64,000 nucleotides of DNA, taken from the NCBI GenBank assembly GCA_964016885.1, contig OZ024757.1, forward strand, positions 12,276,001 to 12,340,000, in the 5' to 3' direction. Every line of letters begins with the position of its first letter. Position 1 is the first letter of the stretch. Source of the DNA: Eledone cirrhosa (lineage: Eukaryota). Below, one piece after another: positions 13,082-25,385 of this stretch. Made by a program: the position numbers and the translations under genes. The notes beneath the pieces were generated by a model, which worked only from the letters and a program-made list of their open reading frames with translations, made no database searches and was not told where the DNA came from.

Positions 13082-14172
13082 GTACATATATGGATGATCT
13101 GGCGGTCAGAGAGGGGTCGCGAGGACTGCGGATTGACCTCTGGCCGGCCTGGAGATGATTATCTTTCGACATCCAATGTAGCAAGCGATGACCCAGAACT
13201 TACCAGAGATCATTGGGTCCTGAAGCATTCCTGCAATCACCGCGCCTGGTCCTATGAGTAGACTACAACCACAGAGATCATTAATTTAGAATCCTCGCTC
13301 ATCATCTATAATATCCATTTGTGGCACCTTACGATTGGGGTTAATCCACCATAATAATATGAACACCTTCAGCATAACTTAATTAAACTACTCTATAGTT
13401 AATACACTTTATGCTTTAAACATTTTTTTGGAGGATGCGCATCACCATAGAAATTAGGGTCTACATTGTGACACATTTTAATAGCTAGGTATAGAAACCC
13501 CGGAGTTACCTCCCCGCATGCATTAACTCCCCTTAGCCACACACACACTTCCGGGTGGTATTCAATGGCGTTTCTCGAAACGTAACAGCCTCCTGTATTG
13601 AACTAATGAACACCAGACTACGATTCTCTAACTGGATTGTCAAACGCTCAATATCGAATTGTCGTGGATTATGTGAGGGGCATATAATCGAAAAATACAC
13701 TCCCCTGACCATGAAAATGTCGAAGTACATGAAATACTTGACATCCCTTCGCTGTGCATCTCCAATACTTTTAACACTTTTAATGCTTGCACTATTTTTA
13801 ATGCTTATAACATTTCTCCACACACAGACTATATCAATCATATAAAGAATTTGCCACCAGATCTACCAACCTAACACTCTTGTTTACCTACCTAAGTGCC
13901 TCTACCACACATATCTCTCTGCCACACTATATAAACAAGACGCACATGCGTGCCACACATATAACATTTGCACTATATAACCGCTTATCTTCATGTTGTA
14001 TTTTAACCTGTATTTTTGATTTTTGATTGTACCTCTTAATATGAATGTAATCTCGAAGTGTGTACTGCCACTCTAAATTCTGTAATGAATGTTGACCCAC
14101 AATATTTGCATATGTATCGGTATGTCTCTTGGCTGAAAAGGAGGTCATATAACTGTCCATGCATTAATAAAT

Positions 14173-14219
14173 TGCTCCGAAGAATCCAAACCTCGGTTCG
14201 GAGGAAACAGCTGTAAGCA
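14173..14219 (+). ncRNA. Variant hammerhead (CCGAAGA core), family A
   Basis: Mirror copy of 11276-11322 with one stem II substitution. Confidence 0.7.
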
Positions 14220-14421
14220 CAATAATGTTTTGAACAGTGCTTTGATTCTTATATTTCATATAACTGCTCTGTAAATCATCTGATGTTTTTACATTGAGCT
14301 ACTTAACTTACTGGTAATAAGGTAGTAATACATTACTGCCTACCACTATTTAGGGTGTATATAAAAATACTTATAACTGCATAAGATTTTGTATTTACAT
14401 AACCGTAAATAGTATAACTAA

Positions 14422-14940
<519 letters not shown>

Positions 14941-15524
14941 GCGGCGATGAATTAGTTTTGCGAGGTTTTTTATATGAAATCGTGTGTCGAAACAGATATT
15001 GTTATATTTGGGGAGGGTCATATTTGCGTAATATTGCCAGAATTAATAACAGAACACACTCACTGTTTGGTTGGTTTTCGCTTCTCGCTGTCTTTTATAT
15101 ATATATATCTGCGATCTAACTTACTCGGTCCTCAATGTTGCCATTGACTGACCGGCGGTCAAAAATAATACAGATACAATATAGACAAACACATATATAT
15201 ATAGTTTACATAAATCTTTCGTTGCACATCTGCAACATCGTCAGTGGTGTTATATTCATTGTTCCTCCTGTTGTGTTGTATGTCTACGCCATTTTTTTTT
15301 TTGTTCAGTCTGTCTATATATTTATTTATTTATTTGCTTGTTTGTTTATCTTATTTTATTTTGTCTTCTTTGCGCATGCGTTTGCGTGTGTGTATAGTGT
15401 TATGTGTGATGTGTGATGTGTGACTAGTGTGTATAGTGTTGTCTGCTGGGTGACTAGTGTGTGTTTATGTGCTTGTGTATGTATTTATTTATCTTATTTT
15501 ATTTAATTTAATTTACTTATTTAT

Positions 15525-16604
15525 TTATACTTCTCTTAGGTCAGTGTTGTTTGTTTGGGTGTTGTTGTTGTTCCACTCATTCTTTCTGTTTAGCTTTGGT
15601 CTTCTAATTTCTATTTCACTGGCCTCTCTGATTTGCCTATCTGCTGGGTCATTCCTATGTTTAGATATTATTCTAATTTCTATGTTGTCTATGTTACCGT
15701 CATGATGTTGTCTAGCATGTTCGTATAGTACTGACCCGTTTTTTCGTCCTTTTAGTTCCCCCCAGTGTTGGTCTATCCTTTCACCTATGCTACGAGCTGT
15801 CTCACCTATGTATGTTGTTGTCGTGTTTCTGCAAGTACCCTCTGTACATCTTATGCTATAGACTACGTTTCTAGTTTTACAGTTTATCCGGGGGTTCACC
15901 TTACATATGATACATTTCCTATTGGTACAGTGGGTTTTCTTAAAAGGGTAGGTTTTGCTGATCAGGGATTTTATGGTGGTTCCTGGCTTTTCTACCACCT
16001 TTATTTTTAAGTGGGTCTTTCTCAGGGCCTTTCTACACTGGTTAGCTAATTTCCCTCCAGGGGTGGCGTCCACAAACATGACACTCTGATATCTCTGGTT
16101 GTCGTACCATGATGTGGCCTTCCCTATCTTATGTCTAGCCCTATCTAAGCTATTCCATGATTTGCTCCTGTATAGTGGGCAAATTCCTTTCATGTCCAGT
16201 TCTATGAGGGTCTTATACTTTTCCATGGCTCCTTCGTATACTCTGACTCTGTCTCTTTGGTTGTAGCCAGAGAACTGCATGCGGTTGATGAAGTGTTGGA
16301 TGTGTCCTTCCATTTCTGTTGGGTCGCACATGCTGGACACATTCTTCATCACTCGTACCAAATCTGCGATCAGAATATTAAACTTAGCACTACTGGACAT
16401 TGCTGAGTTTTTGAGTATCAGGTATTTGGAGGCCATGGGTTTAGCATAGTGTGAGTGGAGAATTTGGGCTCTCTCGTCTATAGTGTTAATCCAGAGTTCT
16501 GTGTCTAATACAGGTAGTCTATTGTTAGGGTGTTTGGAAGGGAAGTCTATAGTTACAGTTATACTCTGGTGTATGGAATTAGCTATCTGCTGGATGCTTT
16601 CCAT
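15525..16604 (-). CDS. 5'-truncated PLE ORF: RT C-terminus/thumb and GIY-YIG endonuclease (left arm)
   Basis: LPVLD, HYAKPMAS, CTNRKCIIC, NVVYSIRC...YIGET.R.I.ER..QH, EASEI, LN motifs. Confidence 0.85.
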   Translation of the reverse strand: MESIQQIANSIHQSITVTIDFPSKHPNNRLPVLDTELWINTIDERAQILHSHYAKPMASKYLILKNSAMSSSAKFNILIADLVRVMKNVSSMCDPTEMEGHIQHFINRMQFSGYNQRDRVRVYEGAMEKYKTLIELDMKGICPLYRSKSWNSLDRARHKIGKATSWYDNQRYQSVMFVDATPGGKLANQCRKALRKTHLKIKVVEKPGTTIKSLISKTYPFKKTHCTNRKCIICKVNPRINCKTRNVVYSIRCTEGTCRNTTTTYIGETARSIGERIDQHWGELKGRKNGSVLYEHARQHHDGNIDNIEIRIISKHRNDPADRQIREASEIEIRRPKLNRKNEWNNNNTQTNNTDLREV

Positions 16605-16619
16605 CGTGCGGGTGTTCTT

Positions 16620-17759
16620 ATAACTATATTGATATCCCCACTAGAGAGCACTAACAAGTTTGATTTAGAACGTAGCACGATGGAAAGCATCCAGCAGATA
16701 GCTAATTCCATACACCAGAGTATAACTGTAACTATAGACTTCCCTTCCAAACACCCTAACAATAGACTACCTGTATTAGACACAGAACTCTGGATTAACA
16801 CTATAGACGAGAGAGCCCAAATTCTCCACTCACACTATGCTAAACCCATGGCCTCCAAATACCTGATACTCAAAAACTCAGCAATGTCCAGTAGTGCTAA
16901 GTTTAATATTCTGATCGCAGATTTGGTACGAGTGATGAAGAATGTGTCCAGCATGTGCGACCCAACAGAAATGGAAGGACACATCCAACACTTCATCAAC
17001 CGCATGCAGTTCTCTGGCTACAACCAAAGAGACAGAGTCAGAGTATACGAAGGAGCCATGGAAAAGTATAAGACCCTCATAGAACTGGACATGAAAGGAA
17101 TTTGCCCACTATACAGGAGCAAATCATGGAATAGCTTAGATAGGGCTAGACATAAGATAGGGAAGGCCACATCATGGTACGACAACCAGAGATATCAGAG
17201 TGTCATGTTTGTGGACGCCACCCCTGGAGGGAAATTAGCTAACCAGTGTAGAAAGGCCCTGAGAAAGACCCACTTAAAAATAAAGGTGGTAGAAAAGCCA
17301 GGAACCACCATAAAATCCCTGATCAGCAAAACCTACCCTTTTAAGAAAACCCACTGTACCAATAGGAAATGTATCATATGTAAGGTGAACCCCCGGATAA
17401 ACTGTAAAACTAGAAACGTAGTCTATAGCATAAGATGTACAGAGGGTACTTGCAGAAACACGACAACAACATACATAGGTGAGACAGCTCGTAGCATAGG
17501 TGAAAGGATAGACCAACACTGGGGGGAACTAAAAGGACGAAAAAACGGGTCAGTACTATACGAACATGCTAGACAACATCATGACGGTAACATAGACAAC
17601 ATAGAAATTAGAATAATATCTAAACATAGGAATGACCCAGCAGATAGGCAAATCAGAGAGGCCAGTGAAATAGAAATTAGAAGACCAAAGCTAAACAGAA
17701 AGAATGAGTGGAACAACAACAACACCCAAACAAACAACACTGACCTAAGAGAAGTATAA
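16620..17759 (+). CDS. 5'-truncated PLE ORF: RT C-terminus/thumb and GIY-YIG endonuclease (right arm)
   Basis: Same protein as the left arm. Appears truncated just after the YxDD motif (inferred). The N-terminus of track ORF 16530 is antisense read-through. Confidence 0.85.
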   Translation: MTILISPLESTNKFDLERSTMESIQQIANSIHQSITVTIDFPSKHPNNRLPVLDTELWINTIDERAQILHSHYAKPMASKYLILKNSAMSSSAKFNILIADLVRVMKNVSSMCDPTEMEGHIQHFINRMQFSGYNQRDRVRVYEGAMEKYKTLIELDMKGICPLYRSKSWNSLDRARHKIGKATSWYDNQRYQSVMFVDATPGGKLANQCRKALRKTHLKIKVVEKPGTTIKSLISKTYPFKKTHCTNRKCIICKVNPRINCKTRNVVYSIRCTEGTCRNTTTTYIGETARSIGERIDQHWGELKGRKNGSVLYEHARQHHDGNIDNIEIRIISKHRNDPADRQIREASEIEIRRPKLNRKNEWNNNNTQTNNTDLREV

Positions 17760-18279
17760 ATAAATAAGTAAATTAAATTAAATAAAATAAGATAAATAAA
17801 TACATACACAAGCACATAAACACACACTAGTCACCCAGCAGACAACACTATACACACTAGTCACACATCACACATCACACATAACACTATACACACACGC
17901 AAACGCATGCGCAAAGAAGACAAAATAAAATAAGATAAACAAACAAGCAAATAAATAAATAAATATATAGACAGACTGAACAAAAAAAAAATGGCGTAGA
18001 CATACAACACAACAGGAGGAACAATGAATATAACACCACTGACGATGTTGCAGATGTGCAACGAAAGATTTATGTAAACTATATATATATGTGTTTGTCT
18101 ATATTGTATCTGTATTATTTTTGACCGCCGGTCAGTCAATGGCAACATTGAGGACCGAGTAAGTTAGATCGCAGATATATATATATAAAAGACAGCGAGA
18201 AGCGAAAACCAACCAAACAGTGAGTGTGTTCTGTTATTAATTCTGGCAATATTACGCAAATATGACCCTCCCCAAATAT

Positions 18280-18698
<419 letters not shown>

Positions 18699-21600
18699 CT
18701 GTTGAGGGTCTTTGCCACAAGTGAAGTCAGTGAGATCCCCCGGTAGTTGTTGGTGTTAGAGAGATCTCCCTTCTTTGGCACTGGGACGATGTTACTGATC
18801 CTCCACTGATTCGGGGCAACTCCTTTCTCCAGTGCCCCGTTACAGAACCCCAGGATGATATCATCAAAATCACACTTCTTCATCACCTCTGATGCCACTC
18901 CATCTTCTCCATGAGCCTTGCCCTCCTTGATCTTCTTCTTGGCTCTCTGAAGCTCCTCTCTGGTGAATGGCTCTGTCTCAACATCCAGTTCGTCAAACAG
19001 CCGCCTGATCTCCCCAGTGCTCTGGGCTGTGGAGGGTGGCTCTCCTAGTAGGGTCCTAAAATGGTCTAGCCATTTCCTCTTCCTATCCTCCGGCCCCGTT
19101 CCCTGGATCTGACTCGAACACCTTTTCTTCCTCCCTGTGATCTCGTTGATGATCATCCAGCTCTCCTTACATCCAGATCTGTCAACCGCTCTCTCCACAC
19201 TTCTGATCTTCTCTATCAGTGCCTCCTCTCTGACCTCAGTGTAAGCGGTACAGAGCTCTTCCCTCATCACCTCCACAGTCTCCATCCTCTCCTCCGTAGG
19301 ATCAGCATAGAATTGGTCCCTGGCAGCTTTCAGGTGTTCTCTGGCTGCACACACTTTTGGGTTTGCAGAGCTGACGTGCTTCCCTTTGTTCTTTTTCCTC
19401 GGCACCAGGGTTTCACTTGCTTTCGCCACTGCATTGGTGAAGTGCCCGTACCTCCTCGTCACACTCTCCTCAGTCCATCCAATCTCTCTCTCCTCTGACA
19501 CAGAGCACTAAACCTGTTTCTCACTTCCACTGTGAACCTCTCCTGTAGCTTATCATCTTCCTTGAAAGCTCCCCAGTCATAGATTGTTCTCCGGGGCTGA
19601 GCCTTGCTCTTTCTTAAGCTCACGCGGACCTCACTCATAACAAGCCGGTGGTCACTACCCAGTGTACTGAAATAGCTGTATGGTTCCGTGTTCAGAACAC
19701 TATTCCGCCACTTTTTCCTCACCAGAATGAAATCAATCTGGGACTTGGACAGGTGCATATCTGAGATGTAGGTCCACATCTTCCCCAGATTCTTCCTAAA
19801 CCTTAGGTTGGTCGCCATCAAGTTCGCCTCCAGCAGGGTGTCTCTCAGTAGTCTTCCATTTCGGTTGGTGTTGTTATGGAAGTACCAGCAAGGATCTTCA
19901 CTGCCCTCCTTACTCGGATGTGCATTGAAGTCCCCCAAAATAAGCAGGATATTGTGTGCCTGAGTGGTGTTGACAGCTCTGCACACCTCCTCATGGAACT
20001 CCTCGGCATTCACATCACTGTCCCCCTAGGCTGAGATGACTGTCAGTCTTGGGTTTCCATTGAAGGTCACCCTCAACACTCGCGGGGAGATAGGCATTAT
20101 TTCCCTCACCAACAGATTGGTTTTTGCACTGAACACAAAACCCACTCCTCCTACTGCAGCATTTGTTGTGTTCTTCACTGCCGATGTAGTGATGAGCTGG
20201 CTCTTCCTCCCGATCATGACACTCCTCACGGGCTCATCGTGTAGAATCCTGTGTTCTTGGATCGCAAGTATCTGTATACCACTCTCCTCGAACAGATGTC
20301 CCAACTCCTCTCTCTTCTCCAGCGTTCGAATAGTCCTCACATTCAAAGTGCCCATTTTGATGGCTCTTCTGCAGGACAAAACTGCATTCTTTATATTTGT
20401 CTCAGAGACAGCTGATCCATCATCCACTGGCCCTCTCTGTGGCTCTAAGCCAGCAGAGTCATAACGACCAGGCTGCTCCTTGACAGTGTAATTAGGGGTT
20501 CTAACCCTAGTCTAACCCAGCCTGAGATGGAGAAGAAGCTCAGGGACAACCAGAACGGCTTCAGAGAGGGTAGATCAACCACCAGTCACATCCTGATGCT
20601 GAGGAGGATATTAGAGGGAGCTAGAGCAAAGTGCCTTCCTGCGGTCATGGTTTTCATTGACTTTAGCAAGGCCTTTGATTCTCTGGACCGTTACTGCCTG
20701 ATGAAGATCTTACAGGCTTATGGAATCCCTAAGAGGATAGTGGACCTGATATCACTGCTCTACACCAACACCAAAGCCCAAGTCATTACACCTGATGGGA
20801 TGACAGAGTTCTTTGAGATACTGGCTGGAGTGCTCCAGGGAGATACATTGGCTCCCTACCTTTTTATCATCGTAGTGGACTATTGTATGCGCCTTGCACT
20901 GGAGAAACACCAGGACTCTGGCTTTACTGTAGCACCGGCTCAGAGCAGGAGAGTTAGGGCGAAAAAGGTATCGGATGCTGAATTTGCCGACGACATAGTT
21001 TTGGTGACAAATACAGTGAAGGAGGCAGAGGATTTGATGCGGGAGGTTGAGACTGTGTCGATGAGTGTGGGGCTGAGAATGAATGAGACTAAAACAAAAT
21101 ATCTGGTAGAGAATGTTGAGAAGCCAGAGGGGATCACTAATGTAGGCGGGAAGCCGCTGGAATTGGTTGAGGACTTCCTGTATTTGGGAGCAAAGATTGG
21201 GAATACGGAAGATGATGTGGTTGAGAGGAAGAGCAAGGCCTGGGCGGCGTGTCACAGCTTGAGATCGGTGTGGAAGTCGGACCTTCGTAGAGACCTGAAA
21301 ATCCGCCTCTTCATTGCTGTAGTGGAGTCTGTGCTGCTGTATGGGTCTGAGACTTGGACACTGACCAAGAGACTCACTCAGCTGGTGGATGGGTGCTACA
21401 CGAGAATGCTGAGGATGGCTCTGAACATTAATCAGTATACACTGAGGATGAAAAACTCAGAGCTGTATGGGAGCATCCCAAAAGTCAGCTCAAAAGTGAC
21501 ACAGAGGAGACTGAGGTTGGCTGGACATGCTCACTGACATCCAGAGTTGACATTGCACTCAGTGCTCCTTTGGGAGCCCCTACATGGACACACTAGAAGA

Positions 21601-21755
21601 GGAAGACCAAGGTTAACATATGTTGCTGCCCTAAGGACAGACACTGGTCTGTTGGAGATGCAGGATATGGCAGCGATAATGAGGGACAGAGACCGCTGGA
21701 GAGAACTCGTCCATGGATCTCGGGCATTTTACCCGCCTTAGATAGATAGATAGAT
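18699..21755. mobile_element. Near full-length RTE-like LINE with 5' inversion: APE and RT N-terminus on - (18699-20510), RT C-terminus on + (20517-21741), (GATA)n tail
   Basis: GTLNVRT, LAIQEHR, LGDFNA, QIDFIL, SDH (APE). PKKGD..NYRGISL, QNGFR, FIDFSKAFD, GVLQG, FADD, YLG (RT). Stops at about 20026 and 21535, frameshift at about 19500. Confidence 0.92.
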
Positions 21756-21908
21756 ATATATATATATTAATATGTATGCGTATGTATATATATATATTAA
21801 TATGTATGTGTATGTATATATATATATTAATATGTATATATATATATATTAATATGTATGTATATATATATATATGTGTGTGTATGTATATATATATATA
21901 TTAATATG

Positions 21909-21997
<89 letters not shown>

Positions 21998-22002
21998 GTA
22001 TG

Positions 22003-22089
<87 letters not shown>
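21756..22089. repeat. (TA)n-rich array
   Basis: Direct read. Confidence 0.97.
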
Positions 22090-22092
<3 letters not shown>

Positions 22093-22100
22093 CGAGTAGG

Positions 22101-22196
22101 ACCCCGACGGCTGAGCTCAAGCCGTTTCGACGGCTAATTCGGGACTAAGTGAACATTTTTATCCTGGTATTTGAATAGCCGAGCTTCTCAGGGGGT
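22101..22196 (-). ncRNA. Hammerhead-like RNA with long stem II and near-palindromic stem III (family D), damaged mirror at 24194-24289 (+)
   Basis: ACCCC-CTGAGAAGCT-CGGCTA..TAGCCG-TC-GAAA-CGGCT tgagctc AGCCG-TC-GGGGT. Confidence 0.6.
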
Positions 22197-23339
22197 AATT
22201 CCATATATGGTAAAATTGATTGTTACAAGGATTGGTCAAAAGTTTGTTGTTGAGACATAATAATTCTATCATGGCAATTTGTGGACGGAAGGGGTAGCTG
22301 AACCTGCCAGTAGAAGAAAGAGGGAGAAGGGGTGGAAGAAACCCAGTCGTGCGTTGATAGTGCCAACTACGGCTGGGCAGGAGGTAAAAAAAAGATACTA
22401 GGAGGGGGGAGTCGAAACAATAAGTAAAACAATATGGGGTAAATATATAGAAAAATACCGGGAGTGTTAAAAAACAATTAAGTGTAAAGAAAAAAACAAT
22501 TTCTGGTTACTATAACCTAAGGACAGCTATCAAGTCTCTCACTGGTACTGCTAGACTAAAGAAAGGTTTACCAGGTGGGACGGAATTATAAGAGGTATAA
22601 GTAAACAACCGAATATATCTTACGGTGACGGATCAACAAGTGGGTGGCCAAAATACTAAACAAACTACCACGAAATAATAAATCAGATTCCCGAGACCAG
22701 TACGAAATAAAGGATTCTACCCCAGGCACAACGCCAGCAACAACCCAGTGCAAAAAAAAAAAACTAATACGAAATAATAATTCAGAATCCCGAAAAAGAA
22801 TACTAATACTATCTCTAAGGGTGCCGCCACGCTACAAAAATTCTAGTACAAACTACATAAATTCTCGTACGAAGTAGATGTAAAATTTGATACGGAAAAT
22901 TAATTCAGAATCCCCCCTCCCCCCAAAAAATACTGATATACGAGAAATTAAAGCAAATGTACCACTAATAAATATAGAAAGCACGGGAAAAGGTGCGGCC
23001 ATCGGATAAGAAGGCTAGTATCCGGGGTCTAACACATCTGCTATAAAAAGCGGAGTCGGCCAAATGTATCATAGATTAGGGAAAGGGGGTGGTGGTACTG
23101 AGGCTACAAGGGACCGAGGGGCTGCCTCGGGTGGGCGAGAAAGTAAAAGGACGACGACAAAGAAAGAGGACTGGGGTGGAAGGACTAGGGAGGGATGGGG
23201 TGAAGAAGGAAATATAGAGGAAGTGATAAAAGGATATAGAAGAAGATATTAGGTCTACCTTTGCAAGCAGGGGTTACCCGATACAAAATCGGCAAGTCGG
23301 GTGTTATAGCCCCAGTCTACCCCCCCACCCCCGCGGGTC

Positions 23340-23666
23340 ATTATGGGGTTTGAGGGCGAGGTAAGTCCTACGCAATCGGTGTTTACATGCAGTTACCAGT
23401 TCATCTTTCTTGTTTAGGAGTTGGTCCGTCGAGAACAGCATTTGTAAAGTTTCCTCCGAGCATAAATTGCACGGACGGTGTCCTCCCGTGTAAGAGTTTG
23501 CTCTGGACAGTAAGCTCCAAGTGAGATCATAGGTAATATTGTTATCCTTGTGGTCCCATATGTGGCCCGAAAGTGTAGTGGCGTGACGCCGGGCCGGGTT
23601 TCGGAAGGTATGTCTGTGTTGGTATAGCGGGGTCTTGAAGTCACATGCGGTTAATCCTATATAGGT
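23340..23666 (-). pseudogene. GIY-YIG endonuclease C-terminal half (absent from ORF track, no start codon)
   Basis: Manual translation: TYIGLTACDFKT...HRHTFRN...TTLSGHIWD...WSLL...CNLCSEE...LLNKKDELVTACKHR, homologous to families A and C. Confidence 0.8.
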
Positions 23667-24396
23667 CTGGTCTCGGGACTCTGATTTATTATTTCGTGGT
23701 AGTTTCTTTAGTATTTTGGCCCCCCACTTGTTGACCCGTCACCGTAAGATATATTCGGTTGTTTACGTATACCTCTTAAAAGGGTCTCATTATAATTCCG
23801 TCCACCTAGTAAACCTTTCTTTAGTCTAGCAGTACCAGTGAGAGACTTGATAGCTGTTCTTAGGTTATAGTAACCAGAAATTGTTTTTTTCTTTACACTT
23901 AATTGTTTTTTAACACTCCCGGTATTTTTCTATATATTTACCCCATATTGTTTTACCTATTGTTTCGACTTCCTCCCCTCCCCCCTCCCCTAGTATCTTC
24001 TCTGACCTCCTGCCCAGCCGTAGTTGGCACTATCAACGCACGACTGGGTTTCTTCCACCCCTTCTCCCGTTTTCTTCTACTGGCAGTTTCAGTTACCCCT
24101 TCCGTCCACAAATTGCCATGATAGAATCATTATGTCTCAACAACAAACTTTTGACCAATCCTTGTGACAATCACTTTTACCATATATGGAATTACCCCCC
24201 GAGAAGCTCGGCTATTCAAATACCAGGATAAAAATGTTCACTTAGTCTCGAATTAGCCGTCGAAACGGCTTGAGCTCAGCCGTCGGGGTCCTACTCGTTC
24301 CTATTACCCACTCTACTACTCTAAGTATTGAGTACTTTGGTGTGTTATGGTCCACCTTGTTCCTTACCACATTTCCTTCGTTATATATATATATAT

Positions 24397-24742
24397 GGAT
24401 GGAGGCACATGGCTTAGTGGTTAGAGCATTGGCCTTGCAATCGAAAGGTTGTGAGTTCATTTCTCAGACCGGGTGATGTGTTGTTTCCTTGAGCAAGGCA
24501 CTTTATTTCACATTGCTCCAGTGTACTCAGCTGTAGAAATGAGATGATAGGGACTAGGGTCCCTATCATTCCACTGCAAAGTCGTCGTGGAGGTGCCACG
24601 GCAAAAAAAACCACCCAGCACTCACTGTAAATGAGGTTGGTGTTAGGAAGGGCATCCAGCTGTAGAATTCAAGCCAGAATCAGTTCCCGCCCCACCCTTG
24701 CAAGCAGGGAAAAGCGGATGTAAAATGAAATGATGATGATGA
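24397..24742 (+). mobile_element. tRNA-derived SINE with RTE-derived 3' tail
   Basis: TGGCTTAGTGG A box, GAGTTCA B-box-like, CCTTGAGCAAGGCACTT core, tail CCCTTGCAAGCAGGGAAAAG..(ATG)n. Second copy at 62985-63305 (-). Confidence 0.8.
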
Positions 24743-24744
24743 TA

Positions 24745-25092
24745 TATGCTCTGTTGGATGTGCAATGTCAATGTGCGGGAACGACCAAGCATGAGAGAGA
24801 AACTGGGTATAAGAGGGATAAGTTGTGGTGTGCAGGAGAGGAGACTGAGATGGTATGGACATGTGATGCTCATGGAAGATGACCGCTGGGTAAAGAAGTG
24901 CCAGGAGATCCCAATAGAAGGAAGACCACAAAAAACACGAGTAGAGGTGGTGAGAGCAGACCTCAGATCGCTGAAACTCAGCGAGGAGATGACGAAGGAC
25001 TGTGACAAATGGAGAGATGATGTGCTGAATAGGACCCTTCCCACCCTTGCAAGCAGGGAAAAGTGGACGTAAAATGATGATGATGATGATGA
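24745..25092 (+). mobile_element. RTE LINE 3' fragment
   Basis: MLCWMCNV..RRLRWYGHV..GRP, with the same 3' tail and (ATG)n as the SINE. Confidence 0.8.
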
Positions 25093-25118
25093 TATATATA
25101 TTTATATTTAATATAGAC

Positions 25119-25385
25119 ATGGCTTCTACAGCACTAGACTTGATTCATTCGGGAGAAATCATCAGGAAGCTTCCTGATTAGAAGCCATTTCTATATTAAA
25201 TATTCATACTCTGCTATGTATTGAGTACCGTACTTACTGTGGTTACCCCAGATTGAACCTGGGATAAACATACATATATATATGTGTGTGTGTGTGAGAG
25301 ATGAGACAAACATATATATTTGTGTGTGTATGTGAGATCCTGAGTGAAATCGGGATAACCACAGCATATAAGGCACTCAATACAT
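25119..25385. mobile_element. Two short PLE-type tails in tail-to-tail orientation (25119-25268 + and about 25333-25385 -)
   Basis: Hammerhead-topology stems with a degenerate core (25119-25188) and hairpin TACTC-TGC-tat-GTA-TT-GAGTA (25207-25227). Inverted related copy follows. Confidence 0.55.

Larger units (their letters stand above)
11233..14425. mobile_element. PLE family A head-to-head inverted insertion (arms 11233-12416 and 13079-14262, right tail to 14425)
   Basis: Arms of about 1.18 kb with about 5 mismatches. Spacer holds the GIY-YIG C-terminus on the minus strand. GTT microhomology at 13079-13081. Same family as 38150-40706. Confidence 0.9.
22090..24381. mobile_element. PLE family D head-to-head inverted insertion (arms 22090-22700 and 23667-24300, right tail to about 24381)
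   Basis: Moderately diverged arms of about 0.6 kb. Spacer encodes a GIY-YIG C-terminal half on the minus strand. Confidence 0.85.

Noticed and set aside
11335-14160. Duplicated small ORFs (77-102 aa) in the family A UTR
   Set aside because: Duplicated only because of the inverted repeat, and disrupted by indels in the 38-40 kb copy.
16530-16619. N-terminal extension of the 409-aa ORF (likewise 49251-49467 of the 512-aa ORF)
   Set aside because: Antisense read-through across the inversion junction.
20492-20520. Telomere-like TTAGGG/TAACCC at the RTE inversion junction
   Set aside because: Only 2-3 imperfect units, most simply the element's 5' UTR or junction filler.
24400-24475. tRNA-like sequence
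   Set aside because: SINE head with no complete cloverleaf, continuing into SINE body.
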